DNA from: Eubacteriales bacterium
Lineage (GTDB): Bacteria > Bacillota > Clostridia > Christensenellales > UBA1750
Direction: 5' to 3'
DNA: 64,000 bases
Assembly (NCBI GenBank): GCA_031553225.1
Contig: JAVBLU010000017.1
Span: forward strand, 4,375-68,374
The notes below the pieces were generated by a model. The model worked only from the letters and a program-made list of their open reading frames with translations, did not search any database and had not been told where the DNA came from. Below are positions 7,574-17,000 of this stretch, piece by piece; position 1 is the stretch's first letter; each line of letters begins with the position of its first letter. The position numbers were made by a program, and so were the translations under genes.

Positions 7574-8571
7574 AAAAGCGGACGGACAAGCGTACGAGGG
7601 TGAAGCGGTTGGCGCGCATCGTAGCGGTGGTGTGCGCGGGCGTGCTCGGGCTGGCCATCGTGATGAACACGGCGATCAGCACGGTGTACAGGCGCCGGGT
7701 AAACCAAGTGCGCGCCGAGCGGCAAAACGCCCTGCAGAGGATCGTCAATCATATCGAATACATCGGGTTGGACGATGAGGCGAAGCAGCTGATGCTTCAG
7801 CACAGCGAGCGCTACACGGACTTTTCTAACTTTATCGTCACGGACGCCGGCCAACAGGTGTTGTATTCGCTGAATCAGGGGCACCTGGACGGTAGCGGCG
7901 TGTTCCGCGCCGCGCTAAACGACGACGGGTTCATCGAGGTGCTGGACGCCAGCGGTCAGGCCAAGGGCGTCTACCGTAACGAAGGCGGGGAAACGTCCAT
8001 GCTCCGCAGCGTGGCGCAAATCGCGCGGCCGAGCCTTGACGCCGATCGGATGTTCGGACGGTCATGGCCGGGCGAGGAGCGCATCTATTACGCCGGGTTC
8101 CCTTCAAAAAACGTGCAGATGTTCTTTTTCTTCAACCCGAGCAACCCCAAATGGACGCAGGGCACGGGCGCGCCAAACGGGCTCGCGCAGATCGTTTCCA
8201 CGCCTCTGTTCGGCGCGCTCATCGCCCTTTGCATCGTGAGCTACTTCGTCGCCCTGGCCATGTGGGTGTACCTGGACGCCGCGCAGCGGGATGCGCATCC
8301 GGCGCTGTGGGGCGTGCTTACATTGTTTATGAACGCGGTGGGCCTGATCGTGTACCTGGCGGTCCGGCCGGAACGCCTGAGCTGTTCGTCCTGCGGCTAC
8401 TCTCTGGAGCCGGGATTCATCTCCTGTCCGGCCTGCGGTGCAAAGTGCCGCGCCCAGTGCCCCTCATGCAAGCACGTGACGGACGACGGCTGGACGCACT
8501 GCCCGTATTGCGGCATCGCCCTTGCGCCCGCCGCGCCCGAGCCCGAAACCGACGCGCAAAACCTCGCCTAG
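7570..8571 (+). CDS. Membrane protein with extracytoplasmic domain and C-terminal double zinc ribbon
   Basis: N-terminal TM, WVYLDA..R..LW..L..GL.VYL..R motif, four CxxC pairs. ATGA overlap with the upstream gene. Confidence 0.8.
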   Translation: MKKRTDKRTRVKRLARIVAVVCAGVLGLAIVMNTAISTVYRRRVNQVRAERQNALQRIVNHIEYIGLDDEAKQLMLQHSERYTDFSNFIVTDAGQQVLYSLNQGHLDGSGVFRAALNDDGFIEVLDASGQAKGVYRNEGGETSMLRSVAQIARPSLDADRMFGRSWPGEERIYYAGFPSKNVQMFFFFNPSNPKWTQGTGAPNGLAQIVSTPLFGALIALCIVSYFVALAMWVYLDAAQRDAHPALWGVLTLFMNAVGLIVYLAVRPERLSCSSCGYSLEPGFISCPACGAKCRAQCPSCKHVTDDGWTHCPYCGIALAPAAPEPETDAQNLA

Positions 8572-8627
8572 GGAGCGGGACTGCCGCGCACCTTCTTCCA
8601 TGGTTGCTCAGAAAGACGGACTTGGCC

Positions 8628-8676
8628 AACCGACACAAAGCAAGGGGATGTATGTTCCCCTTGCTTTGTATCGGTT
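8628..8676. terminator. 21-bp inverted repeat between convergent genes (probable bidirectional terminator)
   Basis: AACCGACACAAAGCAAGGGGA / TCCCCTTGCTTTGTATCGGTT, one mismatch. Confidence 0.7.
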
Positions 8677-8723
8677 AAGGGCGTTTTGTTGGCACGCGCG
8701 CCCTCACACGCCGTGCGCGCGCG

Positions 8724-10214
8724 TTACTGCGCCCAGCCGCGCGCGCGCAGTACCGCACGCTTCCAGGCATGTCGGGCATCTGCGCGCGCCTGGGCGGACA
8801 TAGCTGGCTGAAAGGAGGCGTCGTGCGTCCACAGCCCGCGCAAATCGTCAAGGCTGGGCGCGCGGCCCACGGCCCGGGCGGCGAGCATGGCCGCGCCCAG
8901 GGCCGTCGTCTCGGTGACGGCCGGGCGGAGGATGGGGCGGCCGGACAGATCGGCCTGCATTTGCATGAGCAGGTTGTTGCGCGACGCGCCGCCGTCCACG
9001 CGCAGCTCGCGCAGGGGCACCGGCGCGTCGAGCTCCATGGCCTCGATCACGTCCATCGCCTGGTGCGCGATGGCCTCCAGCGCGGCGCGCACGATATGCG
9101 CCCTTCCCGCGCCGCGCGTGAGTCCTACGATCGCTCCGCGGCCGTAACCGTCCCAGTACGGCGCGCCAAGGCCTGTGAACGCCGGAACGAACACGACGCC
9201 AGCGCAGTCCGCAACGGACGCCGCCACCTCCTCGGAATCGGCCGCGCTGGCGATCAGGCCCATCTCGTCGCGCAGCCACTGGATAGCCGCGCCCGCAACG
9301 AAGACGCTGCCCTCCAGTGCATAGGTCGCCTTGCCGTCCAGCCGCCAGGCGAGGGTGGTCAGCAGGCGGTGGTGAGAAAACACAGGCACTTCCCCCGTGT
9401 TCATCAGCAGAAAACACCCCGTGCCGTAAGTGTTTTTGGCCATGCCCGGATCGAAGCACGTTTGCCCGAAGAGCGCCGCGTGCTGGTCGCCCACAAGCGC
9501 CGCCACGGGGATGGGTGCGCCCAATATGTCCGGGCGGAGCGTGCCCGCCACGGCGGAGGAATCCACGATGTCCGGCAGGATGGCGCGGGGCACGCGCAGG
9601 GCGGCCAGCATCGCCTCGTCCCAATCGCCGCTGCGCAGGTTGTACAAAAGCGTGCGCGAGGCATTCGTCGCGTCCGTCTTGTGCGGGTGTTCCTCGCACA
9701 GGTTCCACAAAAGCCAGGTATCCACCGTGCCGAAACACAGCCGTCCAGCTTCGGCGCTTGCACGCGCGCCGGGCACGTGATCAAGGATCCATGCGATCTT
9801 CGTGCCGGAGAAATAGGCGTCCAGCACAAGGCCCGTGCGGCTGCGCGCCTCGTCCTCCAGACCGCATGCGCGCAAGGCGTCGCAGTCCGCGGCCGTACGG
9901 CGGCACTGCCATACGATGGCAGGGTGAACGGGTTTTCCGGAAGCGCGCTCCCAAACCAGGGTGGTCTCGCGCTGGTTTGTGATGCCGACGCAGGCGATCT
10001 GCGCGGGGGAGATCCCGGCCTTCTGCACGGCATAGCGCAGCGCGTCAATCTGCGAGGTTAGAATATCGAAGGGGTCGTGCTCCACCCACCCGGCCTGCGG
10101 GTAGTGCTGCGGGAATTCGATGCCGTGGCTGCCGAGCACCCGGCCGCGCAGGTCGAACACGATGGCCCGCGAGCTGGTAGTGCCCTGGTCCAGCGCCACC
10201 ATCACCTGATCCAA
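8724..10214 (-). CDS. glpK: Glycerol kinase
   Basis: LDQGTTSSR, GITNQRETT, AIVWQCRRT, DAYFSGTK, AKNTYGTGCF, LGAPYWD. GGAGG plus TTG start. Confidence 0.95.
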   Translation of the reverse strand: MDQVMVALDQGTTSSRAIVFDLRGRVLGSHGIEFPQHYPQAGWVEHDPFDILTSQIDALRYAVQKAGISPAQIACVGITNQRETTLVWERASGKPVHPAIVWQCRRTAADCDALRACGLEDEARSRTGLVLDAYFSGTKIAWILDHVPGARASAEAGRLCFGTVDTWLLWNLCEEHPHKTDATNASRTLLYNLRSGDWDEAMLAALRVPRAILPDIVDSSAVAGTLRPDILGAPIPVAALVGDQHAALFGQTCFDPGMAKNTYGTGCFLLMNTGEVPVFSHHRLLTTLAWRLDGKATYALEGSVFVAGAAIQWLRDEMGLIASAADSEEVAASVADCAGVVFVPAFTGLGAPYWDGYGRGAIVGLTRGAGRAHIVRAALEAIAHQAMDVIEAMELDAPVPLRELRVDGGASRNNLLMQMQADLSGRPILRPAVTETTALGAAMLAARAVGRAPSLDDLRGLWTHDASFQPAMSAQARADARHAWKRAVLRARGWAQ

Positions 10215-10330
10215 TCCCGATTCCTCCTGATAGCTGATGTTGATCGACGGGGCAAGCGCCGGGGCTGACCCGGCGTCCAAGGCGCGCGGCGCAAAGGGTA
10301 AGGCCCCTCAAAGAGGGGCCTTACAAGCGG

Positions 10331-11446
10331 CTAGTACCGGCCGTAGGTTTGCACGGCGGCCATGATCAGCCGCAGGCTCTCAAGGGACGAGCCATTGTTG
10401 ATGGATCCGGCCGTGGTCAGGTTGAGGCCGCGGCCGTGCTCCCTGGCCATGGCGCAGTCGCGCTTGGTCTCCAGCAGGATCTGCTCGGCGTCGTTGCGCA
10501 TGAAAGTGAAGGGCGCGATGCACCCGTCGATGCGCGCGCGGGGCATAAAGCGGCGAATCTGGTCCACAAGCACGGTGGGCCCGAAGTTCACGCCGTTCAG
10601 CTTGGTTTCGGCCAGCAGGGGCAGCAGGTGCCCCATGGCAGAATCGCTGTGCTGGTAGCGGGAGTCGCCCTCGTCCGGGCTGAAGCGCGCGAACACCTGC
10701 TGCAGCACGGGCAGGCCAAAGGCGCGGTACATGTCCGGGTTGAGCAGGCAGCAGTTGTCATCCGCGAAGGAAAAGCCGTGCGGAGCGTTTTGCTTGGTGT
10801 AGCCTGCTTCCTCGTCAAAAACCTCCGCGATGCCGATAGCCACGTCGGCGATGGAGCGTGAGAAGCGCGCGCACAGCTCCGGCTCGTCAAGCAGCAGAAA
10901 CAGAAAGTCCTCGGCGCCGTAGATGGAACAGGCAAGCGTAACGGGCCCGCGGATGCCGCGCGCGCGGGAGGGTTTTACCCCGTACGTCTCAAAGATGCGC
11001 TTCTTTTCAGCCGCCCAGTTGGCGGGCAGCAGAAAAGCGCGCAGGTCCAGCTTGTCCACGGCGTCCAGCTGCGCGGCCAGCGCCTGCGGGGTACGAATGT
11101 CCGATTCCAGCCACTCGGAGTGGTTCGCCCACACATAGCGGCCGCCGAACACCTCGCCGATGCGGCGGGTGGCGGGGAAGGCCGCGTCTTCCGGAAGGAA
11201 GCTCTCGCGCAGCAAGCGTTTTCCAACGATCTTTTCGGCCTTGTCGTTGTAGCGCTTGTTCAGTTCTATGCGTCGGGGAAGGGGGGTTACGTCCCAGGGA
11301 TGGCCCTCCTCCTGCAGCTCGGCGAATACGCATTCGTCGCTCATACGGATGCCCAGCGCCACCTGAGGCGCTTCCTTTGCAAAGCAGTTGTCGCCGTGGG
11401 CGATTTCGTCGTCCTTCCAGAAACGGGCGATGTCCAAGTCCACCAT
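10331..11446 (-). CDS. Uroporphyrinogen decarboxylase/MtaA-fold protein, function unknown
   Basis: GPVTLA, FADD...LNPDMYRAF.LP, HSD, and C-terminal TAGSI...SLESL match the UroD/CIMS barrel layout. Confidence 0.75.
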   Translation of the reverse strand: MVDLDIARFWKDDEIAHGDNCFAKEAPQVALGIRMSDECVFAELQEEGHPWDVTPLPRRIELNKRYNDKAEKIVGKRLLRESFLPEDAAFPATRRIGEVFGGRYVWANHSEWLESDIRTPQALAAQLDAVDKLDLRAFLLPANWAAEKKRIFETYGVKPSRARGIRGPVTLACSIYGAEDFLFLLLDEPELCARFSRSIADVAIGIAEVFDEEAGYTKQNAPHGFSFADDNCCLLNPDMYRAFGLPVLQQVFARFSPDEGDSRYQHSDSAMGHLLPLLAETKLNGVNFGPTVLVDQIRRFMPRARIDGCIAPFTFMRNDAEQILLETKRDCAMAREHGRGLNLTTAGSINNGSSLESLRLIMAAVQTYGRY

Positions 11447-11467
11447 GCTGATCTCCTCCTCAAAGCG

Positions 11468-12499
11468 TCAGGGTATTTCCAGCATCACGCGGCCGCCCGC
11501 GGCGCCGGAGCGTGCCAGTGCGAAGGCCTCCATGGCCTTGTGCAGCGGAAGGATCCGGCCGATCAGCTTCTTCGGGACGACCAAGCGACCCTGAGCGGCC
11601 ATATCGCAGGCAAGCGACCATTCCCTGCCGGGGAAGGGAGCGGAATAGCTCATCCAGGAGCCGGTCAGCGTGAACTCCTTGCGGTTCATCAGCTCGAAGG
11701 TCTTCCAGTCGAAGGACAGATCGCGCGAGGAGGTGCCGATGAAGCACACCTGGCCGCGCCGGGCGGCGAGGCGGAAGCACATGGCCATGGCCGGTCCGGC
11801 GCCGGCCGTCTCCACCACGGCGTCGTAGCCGCGGCCGTCCGCGGCGGCCATGGCCTTGGCCTCGTCGGAACTAAGGAACGCGGCGTCCGCGCCCAGCTCG
11901 CGCGCGGCGGCAAGCCGTTGCGGCTCGATATCGAACGCCGTAACGGACGCGCTGCCCAAAAACTTGGCCCAGGCAACGGCCAGCAGTCCGATGGTGCCCG
12001 CGCCCACAACCGCCACGCGGCCGCCGGCCTTCAGGCCCATGTGCATAAGGCCGTGCAGCGCAACCGTGGAGGGTTCGGTGAGCGCCGCCACGGGAAAAGG
12101 CGTGTCGCCGCAGGGCACGGCGTTGCGGGCCGGCATGCACACGTACTGCGCCATGGCTCCGTTCTGGCGCGAGCCGATAAAGGAGTAATGGGCGCACTGC
12201 GCCGGGCGTCCCTGCTGGCAGTCCGCGCACACAAAACAGGGCAGCAGCGGTGCGCAGGCGACGTTTTCCCCTACGCGCTCGGCGGGCACGCTCTCGCCCA
12301 CGCAGTCGATCGTGCCGGAGAACTCGTGTCCTAAGACGATGGGGTAGTTGTGCGCCGCGCCCGCGAACACGCGCGGGATGTCCGAGCCGCACACGCCGCA
12401 ATAGCGCACGCGCACGCGCACCTCGCCGGGCTTTGGCTGCGGGTCGGGCAGGTTCTGCACTTGGATAGTTTCCGGGCCGGTCAATACGGCGGCGATCAT
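11468..12499 (-). CDS. Zn-dependent polyol(-phosphate) dehydrogenase (galactitol-1-P/sorbitol DH-like)
   Basis: CGVCGSD, GHEFSG, CxxCxxC-x7-C, GAGTIG, GSWMSYSAPFPG.EW. Confidence 0.9.
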   Translation of the reverse strand: MIAAVLTGPETIQVQNLPDPQPKPGEVRVRVRYCGVCGSDIPRVFAGAAHNYPIVLGHEFSGTIDCVGESVPAERVGENVACAPLLPCFVCADCQQGRPAQCAHYSFIGSRQNGAMAQYVCMPARNAVPCGDTPFPVAALTEPSTVALHGLMHMGLKAGGRVAVVGAGTIGLLAVAWAKFLGSASVTAFDIEPQRLAAARELGADAAFLSSDEAKAMAAADGRGYDAVVETAGAGPAMAMCFRLAARRGQVCFIGTSSRDLSFDWKTFELMNRKEFTLTGSWMSYSAPFPGREWSLACDMAAQGRLVVPKKLIGRILPLHKAMEAFALARSGAAGGRVMLEIP

Positions 12500-14001
12500 G
12501 GCGCAGCCTCCTCGTGCGCCGCGCGCATCAACTCGCGCAGCGCCGGATACAGTGCTCGGTAGCGCGCGTAGGCGCGTTCGTAGGCGGGATCGCAGGGCAG
12601 CGTCGGGTCGTGGCTGCGTTCCACAAAGGTCGTCCTTCGAACGGCTTCGGCAAAGGAGGGCCACACGCCAACGCCCATCCCAGCTAGCATGGCCGCCCCC
12701 TGCGAGGTGGCCGCGCCCGGCCGGGCGACTTCCATACGGCGCCCGGTTATATCCGCTTTGATCTGCGTCCATACGGGCGAGCGGGCCGCGCCGCCCACGG
12801 CGCGCATATCGCCTACGCAAACGCCCGCTTCCTCGGCTGTTTGCAGGTTGTGCAGCAGCGCAAAGGCGACGCCCTCCAGCATGGCGCGCCACACCTCGGC
12901 TTGCTGCGAGGCGAGCGACAGCCCGAAGAAGACGCCGCAGGCCGCCGGATCCCAAAGCGGGGAGCGTTCGCCGGACAGGTAGGGCAGGAAGGTGACGCCG
13001 CGGCTGCCCCGGGGCACCGTGGCGGCCAGCGCGTCCATATCCTCGTAGGAGGGCGAGCCGAGCAACCGGCGGCACCAGCGTGCCGCAGCGCTTCCGCCCA
13101 CAGTACCGCCCTGCAGAAGCCAGCACCCAGGCGCCACGTGGGCAGACAGGATGAGCTTTTCATGCGTCGTGGGGCGACTCAGGCACGCCGAAAACCCGCC
13201 TGCGTTGCCGCCCTGTTCCTGCGTTTGTCCGGGCGCCACCACGCCCGCGCCCAGCGTGCCGCAGGCCGCGTCCAGGCCTCCCGCCACAACGGGCGTCCCC
13301 GCAAGCAGCCCAGTTAGGGCCGCAGCGGAAGATGATACCCCGCCCACCACCTGATGGCAGTCGTACAGGTCGGGCAGCAGGTGCACCGGCAACCCGAGCG
13401 ATTTGCCAAAGGGTATGTCCCACGCGCCTCTGGCCATGTTGTAGCATGCCCAGCCGTAGCCCTGCGAGCGGTCGTGCGAGGGACGGCCCGTCAGCTTGTA
13501 TACGATAAAGCCGTTGGACTGCAGGATGAACGAAGCGCGCCGCAGCCTATCCGGCTGGTGCTTGGCCATCCACAGCGCTTTCGGGCCGGTATGCCCGGCA
13601 GCCGGACGGTTGCCCGCTGCGTCCATCAGCGCGGGAAGTCCGGCAATATTCACCAGGGCGTCCGCCTCGGCCTGTGAGCGCGTGTCCATCCAAATTGGCG
13701 TGCGGCCGAACGTCTCCCCGTCTTGGCTCACGGGCACGCATGCCCAGCTCTGGCCGTCCACGCCGACCGCAGCGATGTCGCCCGGCCCGCGCCCATCGGC
13801 CTGCAGCTGAGCGAGGACGTCCTTCACGGCGTCCACCGCGCCCTGCCACCAGTCGTCGGGCTCCTGCTCGGCGAACCCGGGCCTTGGGGTGTACAGCGGG
13901 TAGCTGGCCACCGCGTCCGCCAGGATTCCCCCGCACTCGTCAAAAGCGGTGGCCTTGCAGCTGGATGTGCCGATGTCGATGCCCAGAAGCACGGCGCCCA
14001 T
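12496..14001 (-). CDS. FGGY-family sugar kinase (xylulokinase-like)
   Basis: GIDIGTSSCK, IWMDTRS, FLPYLSGERSPLWD, GGAARS. Confidence 0.9.
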   Translation of the reverse strand: MGAVLLGIDIGTSSCKATAFDECGGILADAVASYPLYTPRPGFAEQEPDDWWQGAVDAVKDVLAQLQADGRGPGDIAAVGVDGQSWACVPVSQDGETFGRTPIWMDTRSQAEADALVNIAGLPALMDAAGNRPAAGHTGPKALWMAKHQPDRLRRASFILQSNGFIVYKLTGRPSHDRSQGYGWACYNMARGAWDIPFGKSLGLPVHLLPDLYDCHQVVGGVSSSAAALTGLLAGTPVVAGGLDAACGTLGAGVVAPGQTQEQGGNAGGFSACLSRPTTHEKLILSAHVAPGCWLLQGGTVGGSAAARWCRRLLGSPSYEDMDALAATVPRGSRGVTFLPYLSGERSPLWDPAACGVFFGLSLASQQAEVWRAMLEGVAFALLHNLQTAEEAGVCVGDMRAVGGAARSPVWTQIKADITGRRMEVARPGAATSQGAAMLAGMGVGVWPSFAEAVRRTTFVERSHDPTLPCDPAYERAYARYRALYPALRELMRAAHEEAAP

Positions 14002-14050
14002 AGCGACACCTCCCGGAAGTGGTTGGCTCGGCTGCGAGGCGGCCGCCGCC

Positions 14051-14938
14051 TTACGGCGCCAGCACGGACAGCGCGCCGGGTACGAGCTGCATGTGCGCCA
14101 TAGCGGCGGTGCGCAACTCCCCGTCCACATTCAGCAGCAGGGCCTTGGGGCCCTCCATGCGCACCTCGCTGCAGCGCAGCACGTCCACCTCGGGCAGGCG
14201 TATGTGGTTGCCCTTGATGAAACCGGGCAGCAGAAAGATGATGCGCCAGCGCGCCACGGGGCGGATGACGACCAGATCGAACAGCCCGTCGGACACCTGC
14301 GCGCCCGGGGCGATGGTCATGCCGCCGCCGAAGTGCCGGCCGTTGCACACGTCCACGAGCAGCACTTCCGTCTCCTTCGTTTGGCCGTCCACGGTGAGGG
14401 TCAGCTTAACTGGCTGATAATTGAATATGGCCGACACGACGCCCATCAGATAGGCGGCCATGCCGCGCGCCATGCGCTTAAAGCGGAGGGTGCGCTGGGC
14501 GGTGTCCGCGTCAAACCCCGTGCCTGCAATGTTTAAAAACCACTGGTCGTTCACGCGGCCCGCGTCCACCAGGCGGCCGCCCGCCGCCAGCTGCGGCAGC
14601 TGCTGCTCCAAAGCGGACATCGGGTCGTGGGGCAGGCCCAGCGAACGGGCGAAATCGTTCCCCGTGCCGCCAGGAATCACCCCAAGACTGCAGGAGGAGG
14701 TGACGATGCCCTGCGCCGTCTCCAGCACCGTGCCGTCCCCGCCGATGCAGAAAACCGCCTGCGCGCCGGACAGCATGGCCGAGTGGGACAGCTCGCTGGC
14801 GTGGCCGGGGAAGCACGTTTCCACGAGCTGAAACGGCAGCCCCAGGGCGGCGAGCCGCGCGCTTACCTGCACGGCTATGCGGCGGGCCATGCCCTTACCG
14901 GCCACGGGGTTGACGATGACGGGAATAGGCAGGGACAT
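14051..14938 (-). CDS. YegS/DgkB-family diacylglycerol/lipid kinase
   Basis: NPVAG, GGDGTV.E, PGGTGNDFAR, FGGG, NVDGE. Confidence 0.92.
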   Translation of the reverse strand: MSLPIPVIVNPVAGKGMARRIAVQVSARLAALGLPFQLVETCFPGHASELSHSAMLSGAQAVFCIGGDGTVLETAQGIVTSSCSLGVIPGGTGNDFARSLGLPHDPMSALEQQLPQLAAGGRLVDAGRVNDQWFLNIAGTGFDADTAQRTLRFKRMARGMAAYLMGVVSAIFNYQPVKLTLTVDGQTKETEVLLVDVCNGRHFGGGMTIAPGAQVSDGLFDLVVIRPVARWRIIFLLPGFIKGNHIRLPEVDVLRCSEVRMEGPKALLLNVDGELRTAAMAHMQLVPGALSVLAP

Positions 14939-15113
14939 GGCACGATCACCCTCATTATACATGACACATGAAATCCATAGCTCATGATACTGCACCCAAA
15001 TGCAGATTGCAAGCGCCACAGCCGTTTGCCGCATCCGGGCTGTGCTTTGCGGCGTTTGCAGCCTTGCCATTCGCGTTTCTGCGCGCTACAATGAGGGAAA
15101 GGGGGCCGACAGG

Positions 15114-15827
15114 ATGTCCTTTACGGCGCTAAAAGAGGAAGTATATGAAGCGAACATGGCGCTTTGGCGCTCCGGCCTTGTGCTGTACACATGGGGGAAT
15201 GTGTCGGCCGTCGACCGCGCGGCGGGCGCTTTGGTCATCAAGCCAAGCGGCGTATCTTACGAGGCCATGACCGCCGGGGACATGGTGGTGGTAGACCTGC
15301 CGGAGGGTAAAATCGTGGAAGGCGCGCTGCGCCCTTCGTCGGATACGCCCACGCACCGCGCGCTGTATCTGGGCTTTCCCAGCATCGCCGCCGTCGCCCA
15401 CACCCACTCCGCGCATGCCACGGCATTTGCGCAGGCGGGGGTCGCACTTGCGGCCATGGGCACCACGCACGCCGACCATTTCTTTGGCGATGTGCCCGTC
15501 ACCCGCGCCATGACGCCGGAAGAGATACAGCGCGACTATGAGTGGAACACCGGTCTGGTCATCCGTGAGGCGTTTGGCGGCATGGATCCCTCGCAGATTC
15601 CTGCGGCGCTCGTTCGGCAGCACGGTCCCTTCACCTGGGGCGGGAATGCCGGCAAAGCTGTGGAGAACGCCGTGGTGCTGGAGGCCTGCTGCCGCATGGC
15701 CATACTCGCCCGCGGGCTAAATCCAGCCGCCCCGTCCTTGCAGCAGGCGCTTTTGCGCAAGCATTTTTTGCGCAAGCACGGCTCGTCCGCCTACTACGGC
15801 CAGCGCCGACCCGACGGCAGCGCTTAG
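15114..15827 (+). CDS. araD: L-ribulose-5-phosphate 4-epimerase
   Basis: [41 protein letters not shown]. Confidence 0.95.
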   Translation: MSFTALKEEVYEANMALWRSGLVLYTWGNVSAVDRAAGALVIKPSGVSYEAMTAGDMVVVDLPEGKIVEGALRPSSDTPTHRALYLGFPSIAAVAHTHSAHATAFAQAGVALAAMGTTHADHFFGDVPVTRAMTPEEIQRDYEWNTGLVIREAFGGMDPSQIPAALVRQHGPFTWGGNAGKAVENAVVLEACCRMAILARGLNPAAPSLQQALLRKHFLRKHGSSAYYGQRRPDGSA

Positions 15828-15836
15828 CCGCGGGAC

Positions 15837-17000
15837 TTACGCGAGCAGCGCCTCCACGGGCCGCAGCCGCGCGGCGCGCACGGCGGGAAGCAGCGCCGAC
15901 AAAAGCGCCACCGTGCACGTTAGTCCAACGGCCATGGCGTAGGCGTAGCCGGGCACGGACACGGGAATGCCCACGATGACCGAGCCCAGACGCGAGAGCG
16001 CCAGCCCCAGCAGAATTCCTGCGAGCGAGCCGCCCATGGCGAAGATCAGTCCCTCGATGAGAAACTGCGCGCATACGTGCGCGTTCCGCGCGCCCAGAGC
16101 CTTCAGCACGCCGATCTCGCGGCGGCGCTCCCGCACGGACACGAGCAGTATGTTCATCACGCCGATGCCGCCGGTGAGCATGCAGATGCCCGCGACGCCC
16201 GCCAGTACCAGCACAAAGACGTTTAGAATGCGCTGCGCGGTGGCGATTTCCTCCTCGAGGGAGGTAACGGCCACCGTGCCTCCGCGTCCGCTGCGCTGCT
16301 CGAAGGCCGACAGGATGAGCGCGCGCGTGCGCTGCGACGAATAGGGCGCGCGCACGGATATTTCGTCCAGCGACGCCTCGCCGAACGCGCGCTCAAGCGC
16401 ACTCAGCGGCGCGTAGCAGCGGCCCTGCAGTTCGGCCGCCGCCAAAAAGGGCGAGCTTTTCTCCTGCGTTATGCCGATCACCGTAAACCCAAGCCCGTCC
16501 AGCGTCAGCTTTTTGCCCAGGCTGTCCCCGCGCGGGAAAAGCGCGGCGGCGGCGTTTTCGTCCAGCACGATCAGGCGCGCACCATCCTGCTCGTCCGTTT
16601 CGCCAAAGAACCGGCCGCGCAGAAGAACGATCTCCTCCACGTCCCGCATCGAGCGCGTGCAGCCAACCAGCTCAATTTGGGCGCTGCGCTCGCCCGCGGC
16701 GGCCGTGTGTGTGGTGGTGCGCGAGGGGCTCACCACCGCGCCGCGCATCAGATTGGCCAGGTAGGCGGCGTCCTCCGATGAGAGGGACGCTCCGGTGGAC
16801 ACCTTCGCCGTGATCCACAGCCGGTTGATGCCGAAGCGGGAGAGCTGCCGGTCCATCTCGCTGCGGCCGGAAGCGCCCAGCGCCACCACGGCGATGATCG
16901 CTCCGATGCCCACGGACAGGCCGAGCATCGTGAGCAGCGAGCGCAGCGGGCTAACGAACACCGAACGCAAACTAAAACGAAACAGGTCGCCCATCCTCAT
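15837..17000 (-). CDS. MacB/YknZ-type ABC permease (no fused ATPase)
   Basis: RSLLTMLG..IG, GGIGVMNILLVSVRERRREIG.LKALGA, AARLRPVEAL. ATGA overlap with the adaptor gene. Confidence 0.9.
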   Translation of the reverse strand: MRMGDLFRFSLRSVFVSPLRSLLTMLGLSVGIGAIIAVVALGASGRSEMDRQLSRFGINRLWITAKVSTGASLSSEDAAYLANLMRGAVVSPSRTTTHTAAAGERSAQIELVGCTRSMRDVEEIVLLRGRFFGETDEQDGARLIVLDENAAAALFPRGDSLGKKLTLDGLGFTVIGITQEKSSPFLAAAELQGRCYAPLSALERAFGEASLDEISVRAPYSSQRTRALILSAFEQRSGRGGTVAVTSLEEEIATAQRILNVFVLVLAGVAGICMLTGGIGVMNILLVSVRERRREIGVLKALGARNAHVCAQFLIEGLIFAMGGSLAGILLGLALSRLGSVIVGIPVSVPGYAYAMAVGLTCTVALLSALLPAVRAARLRPVEALLA

